IMG/VR virus record: IMGVR_UViG_3300018875_000003
Span: 52,981-116,980 of that record
Direction: 5' to 3' (one strand)
Source: a virus
Length of the DNA: 64,000 nt
Under the pieces are notes generated by a model that was not told the DNA's origin, searched no databases, and saw only the letters and a list, made by a program, of their open reading frames with translations. Below are positions 37,544-48,533 of the stretch, in pieces. The translations under genes and the position numbers were made by a program. Numbering within the stretch: the stretch's first letter is position 1; every line of letters starts with the position of its first letter.

Positions 37544-38092
37544 ATGTCCGAATGCGAGCATGCTGACAACTGCGCCAACCTGGGGAAGTCCTGCCGAAAG
37601 TGTTTCGGATACAATATGTTCCGCCCCAAGAAAGAACAGCGCCGCCTGGGTCAACAATCCGGGGCCAAAAAGAGCAAGAAGGAAGGCATGGCGTTTGAGG
37701 AGCGTGGAACCAAGAAATACAACCAGGCGGTTTCTCAGGCAAAGGATGTAGCCAAGCGGCAGATCGCATCAGGAGCCTTATATTACGCGCTGGGCGATAT
37801 GATTACAGAAGAAGCCCTCACTGCAGCCCTTGCGGAATATAAGGAGCGCGGCACGTTAAGCTCGACCGGTGCCAAGCAAATTACGATTAAGAAGGAATGG
37901 CTGGATAAGCTGGAGGAGGAGGCAAAACTCATGAATCGTGAGTTTTACTTTCTCCCCTTCACCTTCAAAGATCAGGATCAAGATTATGTCGTGATGAATT
38001 ACGATCGGATGCTTGCCTATGTGCAGATCATCCAGGTACTTCAAGAACAGGTTCAGTATTACCGCAGCAAACTCGAAGACCAAGCCGACTGA
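37544..38092 (+). CDS. PD-(D/E)XK nuclease, Holliday-junction-resolvase-like
   Basis: G.AFEE, ASGA, GD, AEYK, IKKEWLDKL. Confidence 0.65.
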   Translation: MSECEHADNCANLGKSCRKCFGYNMFRPKKEQRRLGQQSGAKKSKKEGMAFEERGTKKYNQAVSQAKDVAKRQIASGALYYALGDMITEEALTAALAEYKERGTLSSTGAKQITIKKEWLDKLEEEAKLMNREFYFLPFTFKDQDQDYVVMNYDRMLAYVQIIQVLQEQVQYYRSKLEDQAD

Positions 38093-38113
38093 CGCCGGCA
38101 AGGGCTTTACGAA
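38084..38113 (+). promoter_or_regulatory. motif copy 7 (hairpin subtype)
   Basis: GCCGA CTGACG CCGGCAAG GGCTT TA CGAA. Confidence 0.6.
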
Positions 38114-38131
38114 AACGAAAGGGTGATTGGT

Positions 38132-38857
38132 ATGACAAACTTGCTTAATATGGCTCATATGGTTGAGCATGAAGATATGATGCTTGAGCTGGACGCCATG
38201 CTGGAAGAGTACAAGGAGAATGGCGGTGTTGTCCGAGAGTTTAACGATCTGGACATTCGTCGTATGGTTATTCGCCGTAAGTATCTGACGCAAGAAAGAG
38301 ACAGCCTCAAGGAAATGAAAGATGCCGTTGTCGATCAGTGGAATCAACGCATCAAAAGCAAAGATAATCAGATTGAGCAGATCAATGAGATCATTTACAA
38401 CTATGCTCTTCAGCGCGGCGGCAGCGTCGTTTTGGATGTTGCTACAGTCAGCACGCGGACCAATAAACATAAAGTGGAGATCACCGACCTGGATGCACTG
38501 ACTACTCTGATTGAGACTCGGGAAGACAAGGATAAATTCCTCAAGAAACCCGAGTACGACCAAACAGCAATCAAAGCGTACTTTACTGGTTTATTGGATA
38601 CTTCGATTGAAGGTATCGAGCTTAAACGCAAGGCTGAGCTGGACGCACTGGACGCGAAGTATAACGAAGAAGTAAAGGAAATCAAAAAGCCGGCTGATAA
38701 GAAGATCATCCAGGTGAAGTATGCGGAGCTCAAGAAAGAGGTCCATAAGGAAAAGGATGCGCTTATCGAGAAAACAATCGAAGAGTTCAAACAATGGATT
38801 CCAGACTGCGTATCGTATGTTCCTTCCAGCAAATCCTTGTCTATTCGCATGAACTGA
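38132..38857 (+). CDS. Gam-like / Gp157-like host-nuclease inhibitor
   Basis: Coiled coil then SVVLDVATVSTR...FLKKPEYDQTAIK. Confidence 0.5.
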   Translation: MTNLLNMAHMVEHEDMMLELDAMLEEYKENGGVVREFNDLDIRRMVIRRKYLTQERDSLKEMKDAVVDQWNQRIKSKDNQIEQINEIIYNYALQRGGSVVLDVATVSTRTNKHKVEITDLDALTTLIETREDKDKFLKKPEYDQTAIKAYFTGLLDTSIEGIELKRKAELDALDAKYNEEVKEIKKPADKKIIQVKYAELKKEVHKEKDALIEKTIEEFKQWIPDCVSYVPSSKSLSIRMN

Positions 38858-38861
38858 ATAT

Positions 38862-38893
38862 AAAGGCGCTACGATCGATGTAGCGCCTTTTTT
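38862..38893 (+). terminator. intrinsic terminator
   Basis: AAAGGCGCTAC / GTAGCGCCTTT followed by a T-run. Confidence 0.8.
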
Positions 38894-39050
38894 GTTCGAA
38901 TTAAGATATAGGAAACTGTATGAATGCAACGCCGTACAGTTTCCAATGTAATAATTCTTATTGCTCAAAAATACTTTGGATTCTGCTTGTTTTTCCCTAT
39001 GTTATAGTTTATATTAAATGTAACGCATTACAATGTGAGAAGGTGTCCTT

Positions 39051-39875
39051 ATGAAAATGAACGACGAGCTGCATCCAGATCGCGATCAAATGCGTTTTAT
39101 TGGCGTGACCAAAGATGCGACAACAGCAGGGCCAGGAAAGCGCCTGGAACTGTTTTTGAAAGGTTGTATTCGTGGCATAGTAAATCCATGCGAAGGCTGC
39201 TTCAATCCCTCTACGTGGGAATTTGGAGGTCTACGCCGGGATATGCACATCCAAGAGACAGCCGATATGATTATCCGAGATGCGTGGAATCTTCAAGTTA
39301 CATTTTGCGGCGGTGAGCCGTTGCTTCAAACGCGCAATCTTATTCGATTATGTAAAGAGTTGAAACGCCATAACAAGCGATTCCATATCGTGGTTTATAC
39401 AGCCTATACGCTTGAGAATCTGCTGAATAACGGGATTACTTATCGCATTCGTAAAGGCGATGACGAAGCCGTAAGGGAGACGCTGCTCGCCTATAGCGAA
39501 AGCTGGGACGAGAACAAAGAGCGCTTTACTATTGCCACTCCGGCACAAATCCGACAGCTGCTGGAAGTCATCGATATTCTGGTCGATGGCGACTATCAGT
39601 CGAAATACCGGATTCCGACCGAGAAATATATGAATGACGGTATGTTTATTGGTTCGAGCAACCAACGTGTATTCGATACGCAAAAGACACTTTCTAAAGA
39701 ACCGGCATTTGTTTACCTGCATGCTGACGAGTGGATGGATGAACATTCACGCCTGAAGCATTGTAAGTGCTGCGGTCATGCTTTGCAGATTCAAACGAAC
39801 ACCTATTGCGACGACCTCTGTAAAAAACTGTATCGCAAGCGAGATAAAGAGATGGCTCTGTTAGGTGGTGTCTGA
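39051..39875 (+). CDS. radical SAM protein, NrdG-like activase
   Basis: GPGKR, C...CEGCFNP, GGEPLLQ, DILVDG, GSSNQR. Confidence 0.8.
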   Translation: MKMNDELHPDRDQMRFIGVTKDATTAGPGKRLELFLKGCIRGIVNPCEGCFNPSTWEFGGLRRDMHIQETADMIIRDAWNLQVTFCGGEPLLQTRNLIRLCKELKRHNKRFHIVVYTAYTLENLLNNGITYRIRKGDDEAVRETLLAYSESWDENKERFTIATPAQIRQLLEVIDILVDGDYQSKYRIPTEKYMNDGMFIGSSNQRVFDTQKTLSKEPAFVYLHADEWMDEHSRLKHCKCCGHALQIQTNTYCDDLCKKLYRKRDKEMALLGGV

Positions 39876-41110
39876 TGGACGACTTTGATTTCGATGACTT
39901 GGCAGATGTCGTGCCATATGAAGATGATGCACCTGTGATTGATCTGACGCCTGCTCTTGAAGCGGCCGCTGCTGCCGAGATGTCCAGACGCGATCCAAAC
40001 AATACCTTTCTGGCGCTGCGGTCTATTGCGCTGAATCCGCCTGAACTGGGAGCTGAGCTGCCTGATCTTTTCCGTCAGCCCATGCCAGACCTTATACAAA
40101 GCTTTTCTGCTGCTCTTGATGATTTCAACGACATTTATCTGCAGCAGCGCATTACGCCTTATGAGCATACGCAAAACGTACTTGCTCACCGACATTACAA
40201 AGAATTATTGGAGGTTCTTCACATGCCAATCCCTAACCCGAACAAACCTGGTGAAATGGATTACGTGGATTATTCTATCGTCCACAAGACGGTCATGAAT
40301 CCAGATCACATTTATTCTTTTGAGAATATGTCCACACAAAAGGTCGATTTTTCCCTGGCTATTCTGCCGGATGACGATCGCCACATTTACTTCGTGTCGA
40401 AGTTGCCGGAGGAAATCAAAACACCGGTTGAGCGAGATGTGTTCGAGAAGTTAATGTCGGACATCGTTCATGCCGACGCAAACAAGAATTTGCGCATCGA
40501 GCAGACACCCCTATTCAGAGAAATGACCGGACGATCCATTTCCGAATACATTCTTCAGCAGAAACAACAAGGTCGCTTGTTCCTGAAAACCGGAATCCAT
40601 GATTACGACAAAGGGCTGGGCCTGATCCGAGATACTTTATCCGGAGAAGAAGTTGGCGTATTCGAATCCATGCAGATCATTGTCGAGAAGAATCGTGATT
40701 CTAATTATTACTATATCCACGATGTCACGATGTCGATCGGCAATGAAAGCACCATTCTGGATAATATCGATCGGTATGTGTTCGTCTTTTACAACACCGA
40801 TGATAACATCGCCTATTCTCTGACCAATGTTAAGGCTGCCGCACCTGAATCTTCCGTTCTGGCTTCCTTCTCCTTGCGTCTGGAGCCGACCAAGGTATCC
40901 ATTCAGAAGGATATGGATATGACGCAATCGGATATGATCAAGGAGGCATCCAGCTCCCGTGAGAAGCTGAAGAACCTGACTGCCGATGATGTGTTCTATC
41001 CGGAGTACAAAGAGAAGTTCGTTTCCGACCGAAGTGCTATTCTTCGTTCCAGTCAGAAGCGCGCGGAGCAAAACAAACTGGAAGACCTATTTACTGATAT
41101 CGAATTTTAA
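39875..41110 (+). CDS. hypothetical protein
   Basis: 411-aa ORF coupled to the upstream gene. Confidence 0.75.
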   Translation: MDDFDFDDLADVVPYEDDAPVIDLTPALEAAAAAEMSRRDPNNTFLALRSIALNPPELGAELPDLFRQPMPDLIQSFSAALDDFNDIYLQQRITPYEHTQNVLAHRHYKELLEVLHMPIPNPNKPGEMDYVDYSIVHKTVMNPDHIYSFENMSTQKVDFSLAILPDDDRHIYFVSKLPEEIKTPVERDVFEKLMSDIVHADANKNLRIEQTPLFREMTGRSISEYILQQKQQGRLFLKTGIHDYDKGLGLIRDTLSGEEVGVFESMQIIVEKNRDSNYYYIHDVTMSIGNESTILDNIDRYVFVFYNTDDNIAYSLTNVKAAAPESSVLASFSLRLEPTKVSIQKDMDMTQSDMIKEASSSREKLKNLTADDVFYPEYKEKFVSDRSAILRSSQKRAEQNKLEDLFTDIEF

Positions 41111-41136
41111 TTTAACCGTCTTGAGGAGGACTATAC

Positions 41137-42780
41137 ATGTCAACTGCTATTCAACAATCATCTGTGGACGAACTTTCTGTGCTGCTTAATTCGCGGCACA
41201 GAGCCATTCTGGTTAAAACTTACGAGGAATCCCGCTTTATCGAAAACTTGAAACACATCGCCCAGGAGAAGGGCTACCAAAACGTATACTTCTGGTCTGT
41301 CACTTCGGGGCTGGTGGATGCCATCACCGGCAAAACAAGAGAGAAAGCGGACAATCCGATTCAGCTTTTCGATGCAATCGCCAAAGACGACAAGCAGAAC
41401 ATGTATGTCATCCGCGACTTCCACGATGTCTGGCCAAATGCGCAGGCGAAGCGTAAAATGCGTGACTGGCTGGAAACGCCAAGCAATGTATACAAACCTA
41501 TCATCCTGACTGCACCGGAAGCATCCATTCCACTGGAGCTGGAAAAACTGATCTCCGTGATCAACTTTGACCTGCCGGATCGTGACCGTGTAACATCACT
41601 GCTCGAAGCCAGCTTGAAGATGCTTCAGAAACAAGAACTGCCTGTTCCCAAAGGGCGCGAATATGATGCGATCGTGCATGCACTGGTGGGAATGACGCAA
41701 AACGAAATCACCAACATCCTGCGCAAATCGATTTCCAAACACAAAGCTATCGTGTTGTCGGAGATCGTGGCTGAGAAAGAACAAGTTATCCGTAAAACCG
41801 GTCTGCTGGAGTATATCACCAAGCTCGGCAACATGGATAATGTCGGCGCAATGGATCGATTTAAAGAATGGGCGGACGATGCGTATTATGCGTTTCATCC
41901 CGAAGCCCGTAACTATAATGTCGATCCGGTTCGTGGCGTGGTTATGGCGGGTGTACCGGGTACCGGTAAATCTCTGACAGCGAAATCCATCGCTCATCAG
42001 TGGAACCTTCCGCTTCTGAAGATGAATATGTCCGACATCATGGACTCCAAAGTCGGCCAATCCGAGAAGAATATCTCTCGTGCATTGAAGCTTGCTGAAC
42101 AGGTGTCTCCGTGTGTTCTCTGGATGGACGAGTTCGAGAAGGGTCTTTCTGGTATGTCCAGCTCTGATAAGTCGGACTCTGGTACCCTCTCCCGCGTGGT
42201 TCAGGAAATCCTGACGTGGCTGTCTGAGAAAGAGAAGCCCGTATTCGTTATTGCCACAGCGAACGATATCACCAAGCTGCCGCCCGAACTGACTCGCGCC
42301 GGTCGTTTCGATGAAATCATGTTCGTCAGTTTGCCGCACACGCAGGAACGCGCGGAGATCCTGGGCATTCACCTAAAGAAGCGCGGATACAAAATCATTG
42401 AAGGCGAGTCGGAGGAACTGGATACATTTAATCAGATCGACCTTCAAGACCTGGCTTCCAAGATGGAAGAGTTCACCGGTGCTGAAATTGAGCAAGCAGT
42501 GTCCGAAGCCGGCCGACGTGCTTATGCTGCTTTCCGCAAGGCACAGCGCAAGTCTCACTATATTGCGCTGGCAGACCTTGAGGAGCAGGCTGAGAAGATC
42601 GTTCCGATCGCTAAGCGAAATCCATCGCTGGTCAATGACCTGCGCGAGTGGGCCAAGCATTCTGCGGTCTGCGTATCCAGTGCAGAGCACAATTATCTGC
42701 ACAATGGACAGGCGTCTACGCCGGAATCGTCTAAAGCAAGCCCGCTTCGCATCCTTGGTGATGAGATCGAATTTAGCTGA
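41137..42780 (+). CDS. Ycf46-like AAA+ ATPase
   Basis: [40 protein letters not shown]. Confidence 0.88.
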   Translation: MSTAIQQSSVDELSVLLNSRHRAILVKTYEESRFIENLKHIAQEKGYQNVYFWSVTSGLVDAITGKTREKADNPIQLFDAIAKDDKQNMYVIRDFHDVWPNAQAKRKMRDWLETPSNVYKPIILTAPEASIPLELEKLISVINFDLPDRDRVTSLLEASLKMLQKQELPVPKGREYDAIVHALVGMTQNEITNILRKSISKHKAIVLSEIVAEKEQVIRKTGLLEYITKLGNMDNVGAMDRFKEWADDAYYAFHPEARNYNVDPVRGVVMAGVPGTGKSLTAKSIAHQWNLPLLKMNMSDIMDSKVGQSEKNISRALKLAEQVSPCVLWMDEFEKGLSGMSSSDKSDSGTLSRVVQEILTWLSEKEKPVFVIATANDITKLPPELTRAGRFDEIMFVSLPHTQERAEILGIHLKKRGYKIIEGESEELDTFNQIDLQDLASKMEEFTGAEIEQAVSEAGRRAYAAFRKAQRKSHYIALADLEEQAEKIVPIAKRNPSLVNDLREWAKHSAVCVSSAEHNYLHNGQASTPESSKASPLRILGDEIEFS

Positions 42781-42795
42781 TAAGGAAGTGAATAT

Positions 42796-43158
42796 ATGGC
42801 TTACTGTCGTGAAGAAGCCCGCCGTAAAGCGCTGGAGATGATCCAGCCGCTGCGGCCAGACACACAATCTCAGCTCAGCCGAGCGATTAATTTCGCCTTG
42901 GAAGAGCTTCGTGATCTGGAAAGACAGATGAAAGAGATTAACGAAAAGCTTCAAGATAACGTCATCTATTCTGAATTGAAGCCGCCGTTCATGGAATCCT
43001 TCAATGTGTTCGCAGCAAATGCTTCTTACCTTATTCAAAGGACGTATACGGAGGAAGAGCTGACTCAGCTGCCAACAGACGTTTATAACGAAGTCGTCGA
43101 GTCACAAAAAAAGCGCGCAGGTCTGCTGCGTGCTATAGCCGGAAAATATAATCTGTAA
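42796..43158 (+). CDS. hypothetical protein
   Basis: RBS AAGGAAG. Confidence 0.65.
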   Translation: MAYCREEARRKALEMIQPLRPDTQSQLSRAINFALEELRDLERQMKEINEKLQDNVIYSELKPPFMESFNVFAANASYLIQRTYTEEELTQLPTDVYNEVVESQKKRAGLLRAIAGKYNL

Positions 43159-43256
43159 CAACCTGGGGAACCACACGGCACGTTTTGGGTGCCGCCGCGG
43201 CAGGCGCATGACGGTGGGGTTAGGGCGCAACCACTATATTTCGGGAGGAATTATCC

Positions 43257-43655
43257 ATGTCTCACTTTCAAGCTTACAAATGTGAAGTCAACAACGTCGA
43301 ATTTTTGAAGAAGGCTCTGCAAGAAATGGGCCTCGGCTTCAAAGAAAATACAACTGTTACGGACTACTACAAACAAACGCGCAACGTTCGTCTGGCTGTC
43401 CTCAACAAAGAAGGTAAACTGGTTCCAATCGGTTTCCAAGAGAACGTCGTGGACGGCAAAGCCAAACTGGAATGTGTAGCGGACTGGTTCATGACTGGCT
43501 TTTCCGAAAAGCAATTCACTAATCAAGTAGCGCAGCTGCACGATAAGTACATGGTTATCGACATGTGTGAAAGCAATGGTTTCTCGATCGACTATGACAC
43601 GATCGCCCGCAACGATAAAGGCGAGCTGGAACTGGTCGCTTCGACCTGGATGTAA
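43257..43655 (+). CDS. DUF1257 (Ycf35-like) protein
   Basis: MSHF...LKKALQEMG...IGF...ADW. Confidence 0.8.
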   Translation: MSHFQAYKCEVNNVEFLKKALQEMGLGFKENTTVTDYYKQTRNVRLAVLNKEGKLVPIGFQENVVDGKAKLECVADWFMTGFSEKQFTNQVAQLHDKYMVIDMCESNGFSIDYDTIARNDKGELELVASTWM

Positions 43656-43730
43656 TCTGCCCGGCTCCGGTAACGGGGCCAACCCTTTTCATCTAAATCA
43701 TCATACTTAAATTTACGGAGGTAGCTTAAC

Positions 43731-43937
43731 ATGGAAGAGAAAAAAGTGAAATTTACAATCGGTAAAAGCGGCGGCGTCGCTTTCGAAGTACTCAACGGAC
43801 AAGGTGAAGATTGCACCAAGGTTACAGAGAACATCGAACTGCACCTGAATAACGTCGGTACGCAAATCGATGAAGGCAAGAAGCCTGAGTATTATGATGG
43901 CGGCGGATTTACCGACGTCTTCAACGACATGAATTAA
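43731..43937 (+). CDS. DUF2997 protein
   Basis: FTIGKSG.V..EV..G.G..C...T..IE...KPEYY. Confidence 0.75.
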   Translation: MEEKKVKFTIGKSGGVAFEVLNGQGEDCTKVTENIELHLNNVGTQIDEGKKPEYYDGGGFTDVFNDMN

Positions 43938-43938
43938 C

Positions 43939-44214
43939 ATGCAGGATCTCGAAACTCAGCTGCAGATTGTTAAGCATGCTGCTCAAATCCAGGATGACCG
44001 CAGAAAAGATGAGATTGATATTCAATCGAGTATCATCGAAGACCAGAAAGCGGAAATCGAGCGACTTCGTGGCGCATTGAGCGAATGTATTGAGGATTTC
44101 TATATCGTTGCTTCTGCTGGCTATCATGAAGCGATGATCGAAGAAGCCAACAGTGCAGCGGTTAGAGTCCGAGAAGTCTTGCAAAAAGGAAGTGTGACAG
44201 ATGCAAGTAAATGA
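43939..44214 (+). CDS. hypothetical coiled-coil protein
   Basis: Operon packing. Confidence 0.55.
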   Translation: MQDLETQLQIVKHAAQIQDDRRKDEIDIQSSIIEDQKAEIERLRGALSECIEDFYIVASAGYHEAMIEEANSAAVRVREVLQKGSVTDASK

Positions 44215-44530
44215 TTTTGTTACCTATGCTTCGCTGTCTCTTCTTTTTAGCATACTCATTGCGGTCGCGAAGATACTTCCTCGCGATCCGCAGTATGATA
44301 AAAAGCATAAACGCGGAACATTCATCACTGTAATTATGTTCATTTCAAATATCGTGTATACCGCAGCATTCGGTTGGAACGAGGTAGCTCAATCTGCTAC
44401 GGAATGGACACTGGATATTATCAATGCCATTGGCATAATGATCGGTCTACGTTTGATGTTCGCCGGCGTTATGCTTAAAGGCAAAACGAAGGAGAACAAT
44501 CGTGACCGAACAACAGAAGAAAACGACTAG
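44201..44530 (+). CDS. membrane protein
   Basis: Three hydrophobic segments. Confidence 0.6.
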   Translation: MQVNDFVTYASLSLLFSILIAVAKILPRDPQYDKKHKRGTFITVIMFISNIVYTAAFGWNEVAQSATEWTLDIINAIGIMIGLRLMFAGVMLKGKTKENNRDRTTEEND

Positions 44531-46085
44531 ACGTACTACAAAGAAAGTTGCCGAGCAGCCGGAGTTTCAGCTGACCGCGCCTGATCTGTCTCCATTCGTA
44601 ACGAATCCGGACGGAAATGTATATGCAATCACCAATCTGCCGGAAGAGTTTATCGCCGTGCTGTTTGCCTGGGTGAGTCGTTCACCGAAGTCATTCAAGG
44701 AGCATCTGCAGCAAGCGATTCAAGATGGGTTAATCGATGCGGCGGACGTGAATGCCGCTGGTTTTGAAAAGCTGTCAGAGAAAGCCAAAGCATTCCATGA
44801 GAAATGGACGGTTGCCTATGGCCATTCCTCTGTCGCTGAGCATGCTGTATCGCATGTCGGTATCGAGAAGGTGTCCAGATTGGCCTCTGCGGAGCTGGAG
44901 CTGTCCAACACCTTCTACTCCATTACCGAGTACTCGCAGCGCTACCAGAAGCCGCAGCGCGGTGACTGGCACAATCCATTGCCACAGTCGATCCCGAATC
45001 CGAATGGTATCACTCGTGATATGGTTCCGAATCCGCTTTGGCAGGAGTACGAAGACTTTATGAACGAATGCTATGATGTATTCGAGCAGCTGATCGACGG
45101 CGTATACAAACACCTGAAGGAAAAGGATAAAGACTTATTCCATCCTTCATCTGGTTTGTCGGAAGCGAAGCGCGAGAGCGATCTGATGAAGCTTGCCTTC
45201 GAAGATGCTCGCTACGTGCTGCCGATGGCTATGTATACGCAGCTTGGCATGACTGCAAACGGTCGCAGTTGGCGCGATGGCATTGCCGAGATGGGCGCAA
45301 GCCGTTATCCGGAAGTGAAGCAGCTGGCTGATGACCTGAAAACGGAGATCACCAAGATTCTGCCGACTCTGCTCAAGCATGCGACACCTTCTCAATATAA
45401 GGTGAACAGCAAGCAGCGCACGGAATGGTTGATGGCGGATCAGCCCGTTGCAGACTACGCGGTGAATAGCCAGGTTGTCCTGCTGGATGGGCCAGACCCA
45501 ACGCATGCGATCAATTCGGTTATTGCCGGCGCAATCTCTGAAGTAACAGGTATTCCTTATACGGAAGCTTACAGTCGCGCCCGTGTCATGGAAGACAAAA
45601 CGGGTTTCCTGCAGGAGATCCTGTTCGAAATAGGCAACCATGACGCGCCGCCCGAATATTTCCGTCAGGTAGATTTCAAATTCGACCTGCTGGTTTCCGA
45701 AGCCAACTGGCATCAGTTGCTGCGTCATAATCGGAAGACCGACTTTGTATTCAGTCAGCCTTCTCCTGATCATGGCGTGACCGTGCCGCCGCGCATTATC
45801 GAAGCTGGGCTGCAGGGGCTGCTGTTCGATCTGGCTGAGAAAGCAGAGCAGCTGTTCAAGAAGCTGGCTTCTGAGAAGGAGACCGAAGCTGCGGCGCCGT
45901 ACATCATTCTGAATGCGTTCAGGCGCCGCGTTATTGCTCACTTCGATCTGTGGGAGGCTTACCATCTGATTAACCTCAGAACGAGCGAGGAAGCCCAGTG
46001 GGATATTCGCCAAACGTTCGAGGAAGTATATCGCCAGCTGTTCCAGCTGTATCCGTTTTTAATCGGTTCAGCAAAAAGACGATAG
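44502..46085 (+). CDS. thyX: FAD-dependent thymidylate synthase, two-domain type
   Basis: YGHSSVAEHA, SQRY, EDARYVLP, HQLLRH, LRTSEEAQWDIR. Confidence 0.85.
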   Translation: MTEQQKKTTRRTTKKVAEQPEFQLTAPDLSPFVTNPDGNVYAITNLPEEFIAVLFAWVSRSPKSFKEHLQQAIQDGLIDAADVNAAGFEKLSEKAKAFHEKWTVAYGHSSVAEHAVSHVGIEKVSRLASAELELSNTFYSITEYSQRYQKPQRGDWHNPLPQSIPNPNGITRDMVPNPLWQEYEDFMNECYDVFEQLIDGVYKHLKEKDKDLFHPSSGLSEAKRESDLMKLAFEDARYVLPMAMYTQLGMTANGRSWRDGIAEMGASRYPEVKQLADDLKTEITKILPTLLKHATPSQYKVNSKQRTEWLMADQPVADYAVNSQVVLLDGPDPTHAINSVIAGAISEVTGIPYTEAYSRARVMEDKTGFLQEILFEIGNHDAPPEYFRQVDFKFDLLVSEANWHQLLRHNRKTDFVFSQPSPDHGVTVPPRIIEAGLQGLLFDLAEKAEQLFKKLASEKETEAAAPYIILNAFRRRVIAHFDLWEAYHLINLRTSEEAQWDIRQTFEEVYRQLFQLYPFLIGSAKRR

Positions 46086-46152
46086 CATGTAAACATCCTT
46101 TATGCTAAAATAGTAATGCGTTACATTTTCGTAAAAAGGATGTGAAACAACA

Positions 46153-46362
46153 ATGGCAAATACGAAAAAGATGGCTGAAGTTTTCGAGGAAGTTCTGAAA
46201 AAGTATGTCGGTGCAGAGAAGAGCTATGTAGGCACTATCGCTGGTGGCGGTAATGATTATAAACGCAATCTTCAAATCACGGATGAACATGCAAACACGT
46301 TCCGCAGACGCTTCAACGAAGCGATGGCAGAAGGCGAACCAGCAGTGGAGCCGACTCCATAA
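46153..46362 (+). CDS. small hypothetical protein
   Basis: Upstream TG-TAAAAT promoter with operator at 46112-46125. Confidence 0.6.
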   Translation: MANTKKMAEVFEEVLKKYVGAEKSYVGTIAGGGNDYKRNLQITDEHANTFRRRFNEAMAEGEPAVEPTP

Positions 46363-46382
46363 TTCAGCATACGATCGATCTG

Positions 46383-46408
46383 GAAAGCCGCATAATTGCG
46401 GCTTTCTT
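46383..46408 (+). terminator. intrinsic terminator
   Basis: GAAAGCCGC / GCGGCTTTC. Confidence 0.6.
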
Positions 46409-46457
46409 ACATAAAGGGAATCTTTATGATTTTATATTCACAACAGGAGGGTCATAG

Positions 46458-48446
46458 ATGGCTATTGAGGAGAGAGAAATTAAAAACGTGGTATCGATGG
46501 AAAAGGTAAGGGAGCTGCTTGACGAGTTGAATCCGGAGCAGCGTGTTGCAGCAGAGGCTATCTATGGCCCCGTCCTGGTTCTCGCAGGTGCCGGCAGCGG
46601 TAAAACTAAAACGCTGACGTATCGAATCGCTAACATGTTGGCGCAGGGTGCGAAGCCATCCGAAATCTTTGTGGCCACGTTTACGAACAAAGCCGCCAAG
46701 GAAATGAAAGAGCGTATCGCGAAGGCAGTCGGTGAAGAGACCGTTCGTGATCTCTGGATGGGGACGTTTCACTCCCTGTGCGTTCGCATTCTGCGCAAGC
46801 ATGGGCATCTGCTCGGTTATGAGAGCAACTTTACGATCATGGATGCCGGCGACTCGCTGGACCTGATCAAGCGTATTTATAAAATGCACAATGTCGAGGA
46901 AGGAACAAAGCCAGGTTTAGCTATGCACTATATGGACAATGCTAAGAATAACCTGTTTACGCCGGACTACTGCATGCACGAAGAAGCAGAGACAGCTAGT
47001 GACCGGATGTGTTCTCTGGTTTACCGCGACTTTCAGATGATGGCGAAGGAAATGAATGCCATGGACTTCGGTGATCTCATTATGAATGTCGTTACATTGT
47101 TGGAAGAACATCCAGATGCTCGTGAGTACTGGCAGACCCGGTTTAAATTCGTTTTGTCGGACGAATATCAGGATGCCAACCATGCTCAGTATCACCTGCT
47201 TCGGCTGCTGGCATTCCCACATAATAATATCTTTGTCGTGGGTGATCCCCAGCAATCCATTTATAAATTCCGGGGTGCTGTAGTAAACCTGATTCTCAGC
47301 TTCGAATCACAGTATTTCCCTTGCACAACGGTCCGGCTGTTTAAAAATTATCGATCGAACCATGTTATCGTTCGGGCTGGCAATGAGCTGATGAAGCAGA
47401 ACAGTCATGTTCGACTGGAACTGCAGGCGCACAACCCAGAGATGAACGTGCATCCGATCTTGATTATGAAAACGCAGAATGAGCAAACGGAAGCTGCATT
47501 TATCTCGTATCAGATTCAGAAAATGGTCAAAGCCGGTACGCATTCTTACGGCGACTTTGCGATCTTGTATCGCACCAATGATCAGTCTGCCCCGTTCGAG
47601 CAAATGTTTATGCACAACATGATTCCGTACAAGGTAGTGGGCGGCACCGGCTTTTTCCAGCGGGAAGAAATCAAGGATGTTGTCGCTTATCTGAAGTCGA
47701 TCGTCAATCGTAAAGACGATGGAGCCATCACTCGAATTATCAATAAGCCATCTCGCGGCATCGGTGACACAACCGTAAACCATATCGTAGAATACGCCAA
47801 CAACAATAAAGTTAGCGTAGCCCGCGCGATGAAGAACGTCGATGATATCCCAACGATCAAGAAGGGTCCACGCGGCAGAGTACGCGATTTCCTTGGTATG
47901 CTGGATCACTTCGATTCCATGACTCATCTGGATATCCGCAGGTATGTCCATTATGTGCTGGAGCAAAGCGGCTACATGGCGATGTGGGCCGGAAAGAAAG
48001 ATAAAGAAGCCGAGGAGAGAGTAGACAATATCAACGAGTTTCTTCGTCTTGTCGAGCGATATAAAGAAGAAAATCCAGATAAAACGTTGACGGATTTTAT
48101 GCAAGAAATCTCCCTGCTTATGGACTTTGATAACAACGAAAAGGATAACGCTGTCCGGATGATGTCCATCCACGGCAGTAAAGGATTGGAGTTCCCGGTA
48201 GTCTTCGGTGTTGGGATGAACGAAGGGTTGTTTCCTTCCTGGAGAAGCTTTAATCCAGAGGACGTTGAAGAAGAAAGACGTCTGGCTTACGTTCTTGTTA
48301 CACGAGCGGAAAATCAGATTATTTTAACGACAACCCGCGAACGAACCAACTTCAAAGGAGGCAAGACGGCACAGGATCCGTCCCGCTTCCTGGATGAGCT
48401 GCCAGAAGAATTAATTTTCCATTCCGAAATTAAACCAAAAAGTTAG
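46458..48446 (+). CDS. pcrA: UvrD/PcrA SF1 helicase
   Basis: AGAGSGKT, TFTNKAA, DEYQD, VGDPQQSIY, NYRS, KGLEF, EERRLAYV. Confidence 0.93.
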   Translation: MAIEEREIKNVVSMEKVRELLDELNPEQRVAAEAIYGPVLVLAGAGSGKTKTLTYRIANMLAQGAKPSEIFVATFTNKAAKEMKERIAKAVGEETVRDLWMGTFHSLCVRILRKHGHLLGYESNFTIMDAGDSLDLIKRIYKMHNVEEGTKPGLAMHYMDNAKNNLFTPDYCMHEEAETASDRMCSLVYRDFQMMAKEMNAMDFGDLIMNVVTLLEEHPDAREYWQTRFKFVLSDEYQDANHAQYHLLRLLAFPHNNIFVVGDPQQSIYKFRGAVVNLILSFESQYFPCTTVRLFKNYRSNHVIVRAGNELMKQNSHVRLELQAHNPEMNVHPILIMKTQNEQTEAAFISYQIQKMVKAGTHSYGDFAILYRTNDQSAPFEQMFMHNMIPYKVVGGTGFFQREEIKDVVAYLKSIVNRKDDGAITRIINKPSRGIGDTTVNHIVEYANNNKVSVARAMKNVDDIPTIKKGPRGRVRDFLGMLDHFDSMTHLDIRRYVHYVLEQSGYMAMWAGKKDKEAEERVDNINEFLRLVERYKEENPDKTLTDFMQEISLLMDFDNNEKDNAVRMMSIHGSKGLEFPVVFGVGMNEGLFPSWRSFNPEDVEEERRLAYVLVTRAENQIILTTTRERTNFKGGKTAQDPSRFLDELPEELIFHSEIKPKS

Positions 48447-48533
48447 CATCCGTTGATACTTTTCGTTTATAATGCAAGTGGGGGAAAGCCCTCTACGGGG
48501 CTCACAATAAACGAAACGGGAAGGAAGAACAAT

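Noticed and set aside
48487-48503. AGCCCT-CTAC-GGGGCT as a ninth motif copy
   Set aside because: Lacks the downstream GGCTWNNYGA element at the 7-8 nt spacing
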